Positions 29,512 through 38,195 of a DNA stretch of 64,000 nucleotides are shown in pieces. The stretch lies in the IMG/VR virus record IMGVR_UViG_3300028797_000161, positions 5,384 through 69,383 of that record, one strand, 5' to 3'. The first letter of the stretch is position 1. Each line of letters starts with the position of its first letter. The notes beneath the pieces are model-generated. The model saw only the letters and a program-made list of their open reading frames with translations. It did not search any database and was not told the DNA's origin. This DNA is from a virus (taxonomy: Duplodnaviria; Caudoviricetes). The position numbers and the translations under genes are program-made.

Positions 29512-29847
29512 ATGAAGAAAACACTGTATGTTGTACTGAGGGATATCGGTCTTGATCTTGGTGAAGGTTACTCATCTTCATCGTCAGACGAATTCGTTGG
29601 AGTTGTCAACGATTTTCAGACAGCCAGAAACATTATAGAATACTTTATCGATCAGCTTATAGGCGAAATTGATGAAGACAGATCTGTTTGTAAAAGCTGT
29701 CCGAAGGATCGTGGATGTCATGGATGTGAATACTATGAACACGGAACAGTTCAAGAAGACGATTGGGATGAAATATATATTGAAATGGATGATTGGTATA
29801 ACTCGGTCGTGACATATCATTTCAAACAAATTGAGGTTGAGGTCTAA
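29512..29847 (+). CDS. Acidic hypothetical protein with CxxC..CxxC
   Basis: RBS AGAAAGGAG; CKSCPKDRGCHGCEY. Confidence 0.7.
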   Translation: MKKTLYVVLRDIGLDLGEGYSSSSSDEFVGVVNDFQTARNIIEYFIDQLIGEIDEDRSVCKSCPKDRGCHGCEYYEHGTVQEDDWDEIYIEMDDWYNSVVTYHFKQIEVEV

Positions 29848-29866
29848 CAAGACCTCTCCTTTTTTT

Positions 29867-29890
29867 CGATTTTTACAAAGCCTTCTATGG
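29867..29890 (+). promoter_or_regulatory. Phage promoter-like motif, copy 2
   Basis: CGATT-TTTACA-AAGCCTTC-TATGG after terminator GAGGTC/GACCTC; hairpin GGAC/GTCC follows. Confidence 0.75.
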
Positions 29891-29926
29891 ACAAGAGTCC
29901 GTACTAAATTTATAGGAGGTTTTGTT

Positions 29927-30241
29927 ATGAAACAGCTTGTCAATTTTGTAGGGTACTATCTCGGAACTGGAGTTCTGGCATGGATAATCTTTGGAGTTGT
30001 GGTTTTCCTGTCAGTATTGATCGTAGGTCACAAATATGGAAAAGATATATGCGAACGTATAAATCATACGGCAAGGGGGGCTTGTGACGGAAACCTGAAT
30101 CTAATAGATTTAATTAGAATGACACTATTATGGCCAATCTTGATTCCAGCAACCGGATATGTAATCAAAATATGGATTGATCAAGCGATCGAAGACCAAA
30201 AACGAGACTCTCGGTGTCTGGAGTATTGGGGCGATAAATAA
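29927..30241 (+). CDS. Membrane protein (2 TM, WP motif)
   Basis: RBS GGAGG; hydrophobic helices; LLWPILIP. Confidence 0.7.
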   Translation: MKQLVNFVGYYLGTGVLAWIIFGVVVFLSVLIVGHKYGKDICERINHTARGACDGNLNLIDLIRMTLLWPILIPATGYVIKIWIDQAIEDQKRDSRCLEYWGDK

Positions 30242-30285
30242 GTCGCCCCTTTCTTTTTTACGTTTTTTACAATGGATATTATGGA
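30228..30285 (+). repeat. ~58-nt terminator+promoter direct repeat, copy A (copy B at 31164-31222)
   Basis: GGGG[C/T]GATAAATAAGTCGCCCCTTT..TTTTACG[A/T]TTTTTACAA...TATTATGGAA is present in both. Confidence 0.85.
30261..30284 (+). promoter_or_regulatory. Phage promoter-like motif, copy 3
   Basis: CGTTT-TTTACA-ATGGATAT-TATGG. Confidence 0.75.
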
Positions 30286-30300
30286 AAGGAGGTATTGAAA

Positions 30301-30597
30301 ATGGAAGGATTAAACAAATGTCCGTTTTACAACGAAACAACTAGAACACTTTATATGCCAAAAACGATTCAAACAAAATTTGACAACGAATTAAAACGTT
30401 CGGGATATGTTACATTGCATGAATTCTATGTAATGCTTGCAGAATCATTACCCGAAGATATGCGTGAAGAATTTCTTGAGAATTTGGATCGTCCTTGGTG
30501 TGAAAATGATAAAGTCGGTTTTTCACTAGTTTTTTCACAGAATGTAAATACGGGAATCATAGTCGTTGATTTCAATACCGATAAAGAAGCACTATAA
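30301..30597 (+). CDS. Hypothetical protein, stand-alone copy of the GYVxLxEFY paralog domain
   Basis: LKRSGYVTLHEFYVML resembles the domain in 32399, 42331, 43696 and 44310. Confidence 0.65.
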   Translation: MEGLNKCPFYNETTRTLYMPKTIQTKFDNELKRSGYVTLHEFYVMLAESLPEDMREEFLENLDRPWCENDKVGFSLVFSQNVNTGIIVVDFNTDKEAL

Positions 30598-30617
30598 CAG
30601 GTGCTTCTCTTTTTTTT
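30585..30617 (+). terminator. Rho-independent terminator
   Basis: GAAGCAC/GTGCTTC stem followed by a T-run. Confidence 0.75.
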
Positions 30618-30683
30618 CTATTCTATCTTAGATTTAATTTCTAATCTAAGAAAAACCCCGGGATGGACTTTTTGGTTGCTGAT

Positions 30684-30713
30684 TTTACAATCCCCTATTC
30701 AAAATGTTATATT
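30684..30713 (+). promoter_or_regulatory. Host sigmaA-type promoter for the moron gene
   Basis: TTTACA (30684-89), N18, TATATT with extended -10 TG at 30705-06. Confidence 0.5.
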
Positions 30714-30733
30714 TAAATAAAGGAGGAATTAAT

Positions 30734-31156
30734 ATGAAAAAAATTATTTGTTTCAGCATTCTTTTTATCTTTCTTCTGGTGAGTTGTATGAATGTATATG
30801 CATTAGATTTATCTAAATATACTGATGAAGATTTATCTTTGCTATACGAGCAGATAATAAATGAAATGAACGATAGATGTATTGAAAAAATAGCACATCT
30901 TGAAGCAGGAAAATACATTGGTGGTCGAGACATCCCAACCGGAGATTATTTGATATTTGTAGACAATATAAATGGAGACGATGATATTAAGATCAAATAT
31001 ACTTGTAAAAGCGATCTCTTCCAATCCGGATCCGGGATAATTAGTGCTGGTAAAACATTTAGGATGTATGTTACTGTATACGAATCAGATATTCTGCTTA
31101 CGGACGGAAAAATTGATCTGATTCTTAATCCTCAAGCATCTATTACGTTTGAGTAA
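30734..31156 (+). CDS. Secreted or membrane-anchored moron protein
   Basis: Signal peptide MKKIICFSILFIFLLVSCMNVYA, then DLSKYTDEDL and GKYIGGRDIPTGDY; AT-rich; own promoter and terminator. Confidence 0.75.
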   Translation: MKKIICFSILFIFLLVSCMNVYALDLSKYTDEDLSLLYEQIINEMNDRCIEKIAHLEAGKYIGGRDIPTGDYLIFVDNINGDDDIKIKYTCKSDLFQSGSGIISAGKTFRMYVTVYESDILLTDGKIDLILNPQASITFE

Positions 31157-31197
31157 TTCCATGGGGGTGATAAATAAGTCGCCCCTTTATTATTTTA

Positions 31198-31221
31198 CGA
31201 TTTTTACAAGCTTTATTATGG
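31198..31221 (+). promoter_or_regulatory. Phage promoter-like motif, copy 4
   Basis: CGATT-TTTACA-AGCTTTAT-TATGG; hairpin GGA/TCC follows. Confidence 0.75.
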
Positions 31222-31258
31222 AATAATATCCCATTAAAATAAGAAAGGAGACAAACGT

Positions 31259-31333
31259 ATGTTTGGAATCGCAGGCGTGCTGCTGATCGCAGCGGGTGTT
31301 TTCCTGGTAGCAAAGTGGGTAAAAGACGAATAA
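31259..31333 (+). CDS. 24-aa single-TM peptide MFGIAGVLLIAAGVFLVAKWVKDE
   Basis: RBS AGAAAGGAG; sole ORF between promoter copy 4 and terminator GAGTCACTTG/CAAGTGGCTC (31343-31372). Confidence 0.65.
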   Translation: MFGIAGVLLIAAGVFLVAKWVKDE

Positions 31334-31470
31334 AATGAATCGAGTCACTTGATGAAAAATGCAAGTGGCTCTTTTCTTTTTCGAGAAAGGAGACTGACTT
31401 TATGACTAGCGAACCGATTCGAAAAAATCAGATCCTAATATGGAAAATATTTCTATAAGGAGTGATTCGG

Positions 31471-31623
31471 ATGGAAGCTTTACTGGAGTACGCTCAGATT
31501 GGGATTCTGATTTTAGTGTCGCTTATTTGTGTGATTGGTTTGGTGATCAATAGCGTACGTTTACAGAATCAAGCGCTCGCGGAGGCGGAAAAACGTAAGA
31601 ACATGCCTTGGACATGGGACTGA
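31471..31623 (+). CDS. 50-aa single-TM peptide
   Basis: RBS AAGGAG; MEALLEYAQIGILILVSLICVIGLVINSVR... Confidence 0.6.
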   Translation: MEALLEYAQIGILILVSLICVIGLVINSVRLQNQALAEAEKRKNMPWTWD

Positions 31624-31666
31624 TGAAAGATTCAGTCCCTTATTATTTTTGAAAGGAGCAATTAAT

Positions 31667-32095
31667 ATGTCTACTGACACGAGGCCTGAATTATCTGAAA
31701 AAAATAAATGGTATATAAGTAAACACCGATATTATGAGCTTCGTCATTTCTGTCTGCAATATCCAGATTGGAAGAGATTGATATCTGATTTTGAGCAAAC
31801 GTGTATCACATCAGGTATCACTACTGAGCATATTAATGCTGGTCGATATTCTAATAAAGTCGCTGAATTGGCAGTATATCTAGCACCATTGAATGAGAAA
31901 ATAGAAATGGTTAGAAAGGCTGCTTACGAGGCATGCAATCATCAATTTTGGTATCAAATTCTTATAGAAGCGGTCACAGAGAATAAGAGCTATGATGTTC
32001 TTGAAGTTCAAACCCAAATTATGCCAGTGAGCAGAAATGAGTGGTATATTCTCTATAGGAAGTTCTTCTGGTGTTTAGATAAACTTCGGGATTAA
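31667..32095 (+). CDS. Putative transcriptional regulator (ArpU/RinA-like, C-terminal HTH)
   Basis: C-terminal SYDVLEVQTQIMPVSRNEWYILYRKFFW resembles the sigma4-like HTH of ArpU/RinA activators. Confidence 0.5.
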   Translation: MSTDTRPELSEKNKWYISKHRYYELRHFCLQYPDWKRLISDFEQTCITSGITTEHINAGRYSNKVAELAVYLAPLNEKIEMVRKAAYEACNHQFWYQILIEAVTENKSYDVLEVQTQIMPVSRNEWYILYRKFFWCLDKLRD

Positions 32096-32096
32096 G

Positions 32097-32120
32097 TTGT
32101 CACGTAGGTGACAATTTTTT
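32097..32120 (+). terminator. Palindromic hairpin TTGTCAC-GTAG-GTGACAA plus T-run
   Basis: Perfect 7-4-7 inverted repeat right after the stop codon, followed by TTTTTT. Confidence 0.6.
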
Positions 32121-32147
32121 ATTTTATTATGTTAGAAAGGAACAATT

Positions 32148-32402
32148 ATGATACGAAGAATCATTCATGCTTTAGGGTGGTTCAGTAAACGAAGATATTT
32201 ATATCCAGATACGTTTATTGACAGATTAAATATGTTCTTAGAAGACGCACATCGGCATAGATGTAAAACATGTCAATGGTGCTGTCGAAATGGATTTTGT
32301 TTTAAAAATCCGTGTAGTTATCCCGAAGACAGAAACATTAACACTGATTGGTGCGGTAGTTATGGATATTACAAACGTATAAAACGGAGGAGATACAAAT
32401 GA
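32148..32402 (+). CDS. Cys-rich hypothetical protein
   Basis: CKTCQWCCRNGFC...WCG; RBS AGAAAGGA. Confidence 0.6.
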   Translation: MIRRIIHALGWFSKRRYLYPDTFIDRLNMFLEDAHRHRCKTCQWCCRNGFCFKNPCSYPEDRNINTDWCGSYGYYKRIKRRRYK

Positions 32403-33307
32403 ATAAACGTGAATTGTTCGGATGGCTTCTTGCAACTTTTAGCTCAGTGGGTGTTATAACAACGTCGCTTTTGGCGGCTGATGAGATACCGAAAGCTAAA
32501 ATAGCGCTTAAAGTTAAGAAAGAGGCTAAAGGTGAAGAAGACCTTACACTTTTGGAGACGATCAAAGTAGTCACTCCGATTTGTGCTCCTTCTTTGATAT
32601 CCGGCGGTCTTACTATTGGTTCTATTTTTACAAATCAGGCTCTGAATAGCAAGCAACAAGCCGCATTGATCGCTTCTGGCGTTTTTGCTTCCAGCGCTGC
32701 TCAAGAATATGATAAATATCGGCGTGCTATTCAAGCAGAGCAAGGCGAAGCAGTTGATCAGCGGGCTCTTGAGAGAGCGAAGATGACCGAAAAACAGTTG
32801 CGGAAAGAAATAGAGCGCCTTAAAGCAGAAAATGGTCCGTATCTTTACTGCTTTGCTACACTGCCGGGTATGATGTTTGAGGCTCGACCTGGCGATATTC
32901 AAGAAGCCTTTCTTCATTTCAATCGTAATCTCATTCTTCGCGGTTATAATGATCTGCTCGAATTGTATAAGTTTATCGGTGTTCCCGAGAGATGCTATGA
33001 CGCTGAAGAGTCTGCAAATTATGGTTGGAACGAATATATTAATTCGGTAGAGTTTGAATGTCCGTATTGTGATTTTGACATTGTACCGATATTAATGGAT
33101 AATGGCAACTATGTTCATTTAATCAAAACTCCGGTTCCGCCATACAATTTGGATTTAGATTATGAAAATGAATCCACTTCCGATCATCAGTATCCCATGT
33201 ACGATGAACAAATGACCATAGATAATACTAAACGATTATTCAACAGTAACAATTATGAAGTCATCAAAATCGATCATCCATATTTGTATCGTACGGGCAT
33301 TATTTGA
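32399..33307 (+). CDS. Paralog family protein (N-terminal hydrophobic helices, coiled coil, GYxxLxELY..GW domain)
   Basis: Shares its architecture with 42331-43137 and 44310-45215. Confidence 0.75.
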   Translation: MNKRELFGWLLATFSSVGVITTSLLAADEIPKAKIALKVKKEAKGEEDLTLLETIKVVTPICAPSLISGGLTIGSIFTNQALNSKQQAALIASGVFASSAAQEYDKYRRAIQAEQGEAVDQRALERAKMTEKQLRKEIERLKAENGPYLYCFATLPGMMFEARPGDIQEAFLHFNRNLILRGYNDLLELYKFIGVPERCYDAEESANYGWNEYINSVEFECPYCDFDIVPILMDNGNYVHLIKTPVPPYNLDLDYENESTSDHQYPMYDEQMTIDNTKRLFNSNNYEVIKIDHPYLYRTGII

Positions 33308-33321
33308 AAGGAGGAAAAATC

Positions 33322-33693
33322 ATGAATCATTCAATTGAGTATTTACGTTTATCGCCTGCAAAAATGAATGAGATAGCTGAAACTGTAAATAAAGATCCTT
33401 TGATTTTGAAAATGCGAGCTGATGCATTTGTAAACTTGCATCAATATATTACACATGATCAGAAATGTCAAATAAGAGATAATCAGATGATTCACGAAAT
33501 CGATATAGATCTTGAGAATATGCAGCTCAGATGGGCATATTTAAAAGGTCATCACGATGGTCAGCTTGATGCTCTTCAAAGAATGCATAATGCTGCTGTT
33601 ATGGCCGACAATGAAATAACGACCGTTTACAATAAGATAGCCGAACCCCTTGTTGACAAAGCGCTTAAAGAGGAGGAAGCAAATCATGAGTGA
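33322..33693 (+). CDS. Hypothetical protein
   Basis: RBS GAAAGGAGG. Confidence 0.7.
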   Translation: MNHSIEYLRLSPAKMNEIAETVNKDPLILKMRADAFVNLHQYITHDQKCQIRDNQMIHEIDIDLENMQLRWAYLKGHHDGQLDALQRMHNAAVMADNEITTVYNKIAEPLVDKALKEEEANHE

Positions 33694-33937
33694 CATCTGG
33701 CTTGGTGCTATTACTGGCATTTTTATTGCAAGCGCGGTTTGGGTGTTTGTTTATCTCGCTTTGATTGGCAAATGGTATGTGGGTGATCTTAGGGAAGATC
33801 GATCAAGCGGTGACGAACGTCCATTATATTTCATGGAAATTGCTCAAGGTGGATATCGACATATGCAGTCAAATAAATTTGTTCTCCTGCGTATAAAACG
33901 AGAAAATTATATTAAAGAAGGAGAAAACCATCAATGA
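33686..33937 (+). CDS. Single-TM membrane protein
   Basis: RBS AGGAGG; IWLGAITGIFIASAVWVFVYLALIG. Confidence 0.68.
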   Translation: MSDIWLGAITGIFIASAVWVFVYLALIGKWYVGDLREDRSSGDERPLYFMEIAQGGYRHMQSNKFVLLRIKRENYIKEGENHQ

Positions 33938-34056
33938 TTGATTTAATTGAGGTATATCTTTCTTATGAGTGGGATCTGGCGTCAGGTCCCCTCTTTTTAA
34001 TTGCCATCATATCATTTATTCTTGCTTTAGTTGCTTTGGTTAAACTGGATAAATAA
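33934..34056 (+). CDS. 40-aa TM peptide
   Basis: RBS AAGGAG; ATGA overlap with the upstream stop; PLFLIAIISFILALVALVKL. Confidence 0.55.
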   Translation: MIDLIEVYLSYEWDLASGPLFLIAIISFILALVALVKLDK

Positions 34057-34059
34057 ACT

Positions 34060-34083
34060 CCATTTTTACAAACCATATTATGG
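34060..34083 (+). promoter_or_regulatory. Phage promoter-like motif, copy 5
   Basis: CCATT-TTTACA-AACCATAT-TATGG; hairpin GGGT/ACCC and RBS AGAAAGGAG follow. Confidence 0.75.
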
Positions 34084-34113
34084 GTAATAGACCCAGAAAG
34101 GAGAATAAAAGTT

Positions 34114-34632
34114 ATGGATGACAACAGAATTGTAGAACTGCTGGATTCTGAGATCGAGAAAACTCTGGAGGAGGTTTCTCAGGCAGAAACAGGAAGTGAA
34201 GCGGCAAAGGCGGCGTTGACCAAACTGGGAAGACTCCATGATCAGCGTATCAAAGAACTTGATGCGATTCTGAAGAATAAACAGCGTATTGACACTGATT
34301 GCGCTAAGCGTGATGAGTTGCATGTTCGTGAGAAAGAACTGGAGGTTAGGCAGCTTCAGCTTAAGAGTGAGCTGGATGCTAAACTGATGCAGATCGAGAA
34401 CGAACGTGTTGCCACGCAGGCGGAATTGGAACAGAAGACTGCTGAACTTCAGGAAGCAAAGAGAGGTCGGAGATGGCGCACGGTCCTGGATATTCTCGGA
34501 ATCGGTGTCCCGCTGCTGGCGACTGCTCACTGGATGTCTAAGGGACTGAAATTTGAGGAAGAAGGAAAGATCTATTCCAGCAGAACAGCACAATGGGTTG
34601 GAACCCTAACTCGGTTATTCAAGAAAGGGTAA
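34114..34632 (+). CDS. Coiled-coil protein with C-terminal hydrophobic segment
   Basis: Long E/K/L heptads; VLDILGIGVPLLATAHW. Confidence 0.75.
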   Translation: MDDNRIVELLDSEIEKTLEEVSQAETGSEAAKAALTKLGRLHDQRIKELDAILKNKQRIDTDCAKRDELHVREKELEVRQLQLKSELDAKLMQIENERVATQAELEQKTAELQEAKRGRRWRTVLDILGIGVPLLATAHWMSKGLKFEEEGKIYSSRTAQWVGTLTRLFKKG

Positions 34633-34686
34633 TCCCGGATCGGAGGCTCTGAAAGGACAGGGTCTCCTATCTTTTTTTGCACCAAA

Positions 34687-34710
34687 CGATTTTTACATAC
34701 TCCTTTATGG
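34687..34710 (+). promoter_or_regulatory. Phage promoter-like motif, copy 6
   Basis: CGATT-TTTACA-TACTCCTT-TATGG after terminator GGAGGCTCTG/CAGGGTCTCC; hairpin GGAC/GTCC follows. Confidence 0.75.
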
Positions 34711-34751
34711 ACAGGTGGTCCTATTGAAATGACATAAAGGAGGAAATCAAA

Positions 34752-34910
34752 ATGTTGGTAATCATGACAGTTGGGTTTCTCTTACTGGTGGTTTTGGCGA
34801 TTTTGCTCGTCAAGGCATTTGTGGAGTTACTGGCTCAGATCATTGCAAGGGTGATTGAAATCCGTGCAAATTTCAAGAAGGCACTGAAAGAGGAAGGGAA
34901 TCCTGCTTAA
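34752..34910 (+). CDS. 52-aa single-TM peptide
   Basis: RBS AAAGGAGG; 13-bp terminator AAGGGAATCCTGC/GCGGGGTTCCCTT plus T-run at 34893-34930. Confidence 0.65.
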   Translation: MLVIMTVGFLLLVVLAILLVKAFVELLAQIIARVIEIRANFKKALKEEGNPA

Positions 34911-34948
34911 ACGCGGGGTTCCCTTTTTTTCGAAGAAAGGAGCGTAGT

Positions 34949-35212
34949 ATGGAAAGTCCGTTTTATGAGATGACTCATAATATCCCGGAAGAAGCGGCAA
35001 CAGGGGCAAGTGCTTGGCTTCGTGGATATACCGAAGGACAAGTGGAAGGCCGTGCTAATTTGATCCGTGAATTGTGCGGATATACGGATACGGAAATTCT
35101 TAAATGGGTAGCACAGCAACGTCAGGTAAAAGAGTATCTCGAGCATCAGATGGCGATTCTTAACAACGCATTCGGTTTCAATACGACAAACGAAAGGAAA
35201 GACGAAAAATGA
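34949..35212 (+). CDS. Hypothetical protein
   Basis: RBS AGAAAGGAG. Confidence 0.65.
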   Translation: MESPFYEMTHNIPEEAATGASAWLRGYTEGQVEGRANLIRELCGYTDTEILKWVAQQRQVKEYLEHQMAILNNAFGFNTTNERKDEK

Positions 35213-36126
35213 ACAAAAAGGAATTCAATTTTAATCGTGTAGTAACTCACAGCACAATCTTTCATGCGGATGATGTTTTTGGTGCAGCAATGTGTCATTT
35301 GATCTCTCCCGGAATTAAAATCATTCGCACACTCGATCCCGAACAGTATGCAGATGATGAAACCCTGATCTTTGATATCGGTATGGGTGAATACGATCAT
35401 CATCAGCCGGATAAGGCGTTCAGGCCGATGACAGACGGCTATTATACTGATAAAGATGGAATGCGGCAGCCTATCCCCTATTGTGGTTTCGGTTTGCTCT
35501 GGAGAGATTTCGGTCATATTTTGTGTCCGGATCCGATGACATGGCAGCGAGTTGATCGGGAACTTGTTATTCCGATTGATAAAACGGATAACGGCATTGA
35601 CAAGAATCCACTATCCAAAATGATCGGTAATATGAATCCGACCTGGGAAGAGATTATATTAGACAAGAATCAGAATCTCGCGTTTATGATGGCTGAATCT
35701 TTAGCATACGTGCTTCTGAACCACACTATTCGTCAGGCTAATTCCATGGTGCATGCTATTGATAAAGTGACTGAAGCATATTCGGTGTCACCATCCGAAA
35801 AGATTCTTGTCATGGATCAATATATGCCGTATCTGGATACTATTCGTGACGAGAAATATAAGGATCTGTTGTTCGTAGTTTATCCTTCTCAGCGCGGAGG
35901 ATGGAATGTCCAGACAATCCCGAAAGCTCCAGGGAGCACGGCTAATAAGATGGACTTCCCTACTGACTGGCTCGGTCATGCCGATCCCGAACGTGGAATT
36001 CATTTTGCACATACGAGTAACTTCCTGATTGCTTGTGATACGAAAGAACAGGCGATTAAGGTAGCAGAAGAAGCCATTGATATTGGCTCTGTTGAGGCTG
36101 TGGTTGCTTATTCTTTTGATTGTTAA
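35209..36126 (+). CDS. MYG1 (UPF0160) family DHH-like exonuclease/hydrolase
   Basis: VTHSTIFHADDVF, FDIG..YDHHQ, GFGLLWRDFG, VYPSQRGGWNVQTIP and FAHTSNFL are MYG1-type motifs. Confidence 0.85.
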   Translation: MNKKEFNFNRVVTHSTIFHADDVFGAAMCHLISPGIKIIRTLDPEQYADDETLIFDIGMGEYDHHQPDKAFRPMTDGYYTDKDGMRQPIPYCGFGLLWRDFGHILCPDPMTWQRVDRELVIPIDKTDNGIDKNPLSKMIGNMNPTWEEIILDKNQNLAFMMAESLAYVLLNHTIRQANSMVHAIDKVTEAYSVSPSEKILVMDQYMPYLDTIRDEKYKDLLFVVYPSQRGGWNVQTIPKAPGSTANKMDFPTDWLGHADPERGIHFAHTSNFLIACDTKEQAIKVAEEAIDIGSVEAVVAYSFDC

Positions 36127-36141
36127 GAGGAGAGTGATCAT

Positions 36142-36342
36142 ATGTTAGAAGATAAAATATGTAAATATCCAGATGTATGGCCTGCAAAAAGTTGCATGTA
36201 TTGCGAGCATTGCCCGTCCATTTTAATCAACGTAAAAACTGGAATCGCATATATCGACTGCGAAATGTGGGACGCAGACCCCATTAAAGAAGGTTGCAAA
36301 GGAAATTGCAAATATTTTAAGGAGGAAAAGAAAAATGTCTAA
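36142..36342 (+). CDS. Small Cys-rich protein
   Basis: RBS GAGGAG; CMYCEHC, CKGNCKY. Confidence 0.6.
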   Translation: MLEDKICKYPDVWPAKSCMYCEHCPSILINVKTGIAYIDCEMWDADPIKEGCKGNCKYFKEEKKNV

Positions 36343-36580
36343 TGCAGCACAGGACCGTAGGTATCGTACCCAGAAACAGCAGAGGATGACTAAAGGTCAT
36401 ACTCTCACTCCCCGCTGGCTGGCGAGGAGCATCGCCCGGAATCATGGAATTCTCGGAAAGAACTGGCGTCTCGGTGTTGAGGCCTATATGGAGCGGAAGG
36501 ATCAGCAGAACCAGGTTCGCAAGATCGTTCGTCGCCGTAAGCCCGAGGCGCTGAACCGCATTAAGATGGAGGATGCGTAA
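36335..36580 (+). CDS. Small basic protein
   Basis: RBS AAGGAGG; Arg-rich; biased codon usage. Confidence 0.65.
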   Translation: MSNAAQDRRYRTQKQQRMTKGHTLTPRWLARSIARNHGILGKNWRLGVEAYMERKDQQNQVRKIVRRRKPEALNRIKMEDA

Positions 36581-36581
36581 T

Positions 36582-37028
36582 ATGAACACCTTTGTCAAAA
36601 ATATGATAAAGGGGGTGCTCAGCGTGAGCACTCTCTTTATCGTCGGTAAAGTCTGCTATGAAGTAGGCAAAAATGTTGGCGATCTTGAACGTCAACTGGA
36701 AGAACTCAAATCAGCAGAGAATCTTAACAAAGCCGCTGATGTCGACAATATGGAACTTGCCCAGCAAGGGGATGATTTGGTTGCCCATCATATTGAAAAG
36801 ATGGATGCCGAAGAAATGTCCAAACCTGTTGAAGAGATTCCTGCTTCTGGTATCGTGACGAAAGTTCGTAATGCCAAGATGTTCCTGGGATTGAAAAAGG
36901 TCTTTGATAAACGGGACCGACCGAAAGGGATCCTCGGCTCCCTGCTAACAAATCCTGATGGGGCGAAGATCGAGGCAATCGTAAAAGATGGAGGTGTCCA
37001 GATCAGTGTTAAACCCAGAGCAGCTTAA
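36582..37028 (+). CDS. Hypothetical protein, N-terminal TM plus coiled coil
   Basis: RBS GGAGG; GVLSVSTLFIVGKVCYEVGK. Confidence 0.65.
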   Translation: MNTFVKNMIKGVLSVSTLFIVGKVCYEVGKNVGDLERQLEELKSAENLNKAADVDNMELAQQGDDLVAHHIEKMDAEEMSKPVEEIPASGIVTKVRNAKMFLGLKKVFDKRDRPKGILGSLLTNPDGAKIEAIVKDGGVQISVKPRAA

Positions 37029-37219
37029 TTCTCATATTGGACCCACGGATACTTTAGATCGTTTAATAATTTTCGTACGAGCTATGTATCTGAATTCAAT
37101 TCGAGGGGACGGTAACGTTCTGTTTGATACTGATACATTAGGCGTCATGTTGAACGATCTGAAAAACATTAAGAACGGGACAACTTAAACCCAGAGCGGC
37201 TTAAGGAGGGCGATGTTAT

Positions 37220-37402
37220 ATGGCAAATTGGATTATTGAGAAAGATCCGGTTGGTGGTGATTGCTGTATATGCTCCGAATGCGGATGGTTTGATTGGATG
37301 AATCATAGATATCCTCATTGTCCATATTGTGGAACTAAAATGGAATGCAGTAAGGAACCGCCACTTCTTTCTGGGTATTTTCTGAAAGATCAGCACGAAT
37401 AA
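37220..37402 (+). CDS. Zn-ribbon small protein
   Basis: CSECG..HCPYCGTKM; RBS AAGGAGG. Confidence 0.6.
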   Translation: MANWIIEKDPVGGDCCICSECGWFDWMNHRYPHCPYCGTKMECSKEPPLLSGYFLKDQHE

Positions 37403-37419
37403 AACAACCGCTTTTATGG
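37396..37419 (+). promoter_or_regulatory. Phage promoter-like motif, copy 7 (variant)
   Basis: CGAAT-AAAACA-ACCGCTTT-TATGG with the same spacing; RBS AGAAAGGAG follows. Confidence 0.55.
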
Positions 37420-37448
37420 AATCCACATTAAGAAAGGAGTACGAACAA

Positions 37449-37808
37449 ATGTTAAAAGTGTATGCGGTTCCGGAAAATGATACGGCATGGGCCAAGTTCA
37501 AATGTTGGTGCAAAAACAGAAAGACTGATATTCAGTGTATCTGGGACGACAACAAGAAAGAGATCGTAACTCTGGCTCCTGTGGTTGTTGGTGGTTTTAC
37601 TGTGCTCGCAAGGGTTATCAGTAGGCATGCGGCAATCTCTCGGGAGATGAAACTGAAAGATCTCCGGATCTGGGATCCCAAAGGTGGATATTACTGGGAA
37701 ATCAATCGGAAACTGACCAATAACGAACGGCTTGATATTGAACGCCGTAGACAAGCCGGGGAAGCAATGGGTAACATTTTGGCAAGTATGAGAGTACTTA
37801 GGATGTGA
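37449..37808 (+). CDS. Hypothetical protein (one TM)
   Basis: ATG 37449 after the RBS; followed by terminator AAGCGGTTGTG/CACAGCCGCTT (37814-37850). Confidence 0.68.
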   Translation: MLKVYAVPENDTAWAKFKCWCKNRKTDIQCIWDDNKKEIVTLAPVVVGGFTVLARVISRHAAISREMKLKDLRIWDPKGGYYWEINRKLTNNERLDIERRRQAGEAMGNILASMRVLRM

Positions 37809-37862
37809 TTCCAAAGCGGTTGTGATAATTACACAGCCGCTTATTTCTTTTTCTGGAGGTAA

Positions 37863-38195
37863 ATGATGACATTGCTCAGAGTGGTTTTAGTTGTATATGA
37901 AGCTATTCACGGCAAGAAAGGAAAGAATATGGAAGGGAATTTGACTCTCTTAAACTTTGATAATGTGAAGTGCGATACAGGTATTCCGTTATCTGAAATT
38001 ACATCAATCGTGATAACTGTTGTATCAGGTGATGAAATAGCAGAAGTAACGAAAAACAATGGCGAACACCTGCATTTCGATTCAGCAGAATTGAGTGGGA
38101 ACAGTCGCTGGCAGGGATTTTATGACGGTACGTATTTGGTAGACATGAATGACCTTGAAAAATGGGTAAACCGGAAAGATTCATACGATTGGTAG
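37863..38195 (+). CDS. Hypothetical protein
   Basis: RBS GGAGGT. Confidence 0.6.
   Translation: MMTLLRVVLVVYEAIHGKKGKNMEGNLTLLNFDNVKCDTGIPLSEITSIVITVVSGDEIAEVTKNNGEHLHFDSAELSGNSRWQGFYDGTYLVDMNDLEKWVNRKDSYDW

Noticed and set aside
32097-32114. TTGTCAC-N4-GTGACAA as a Rex/CRP-type operator
   Set aside because: Single copy directly after a stop codon and followed by a T-run; a terminator is the simpler explanation.
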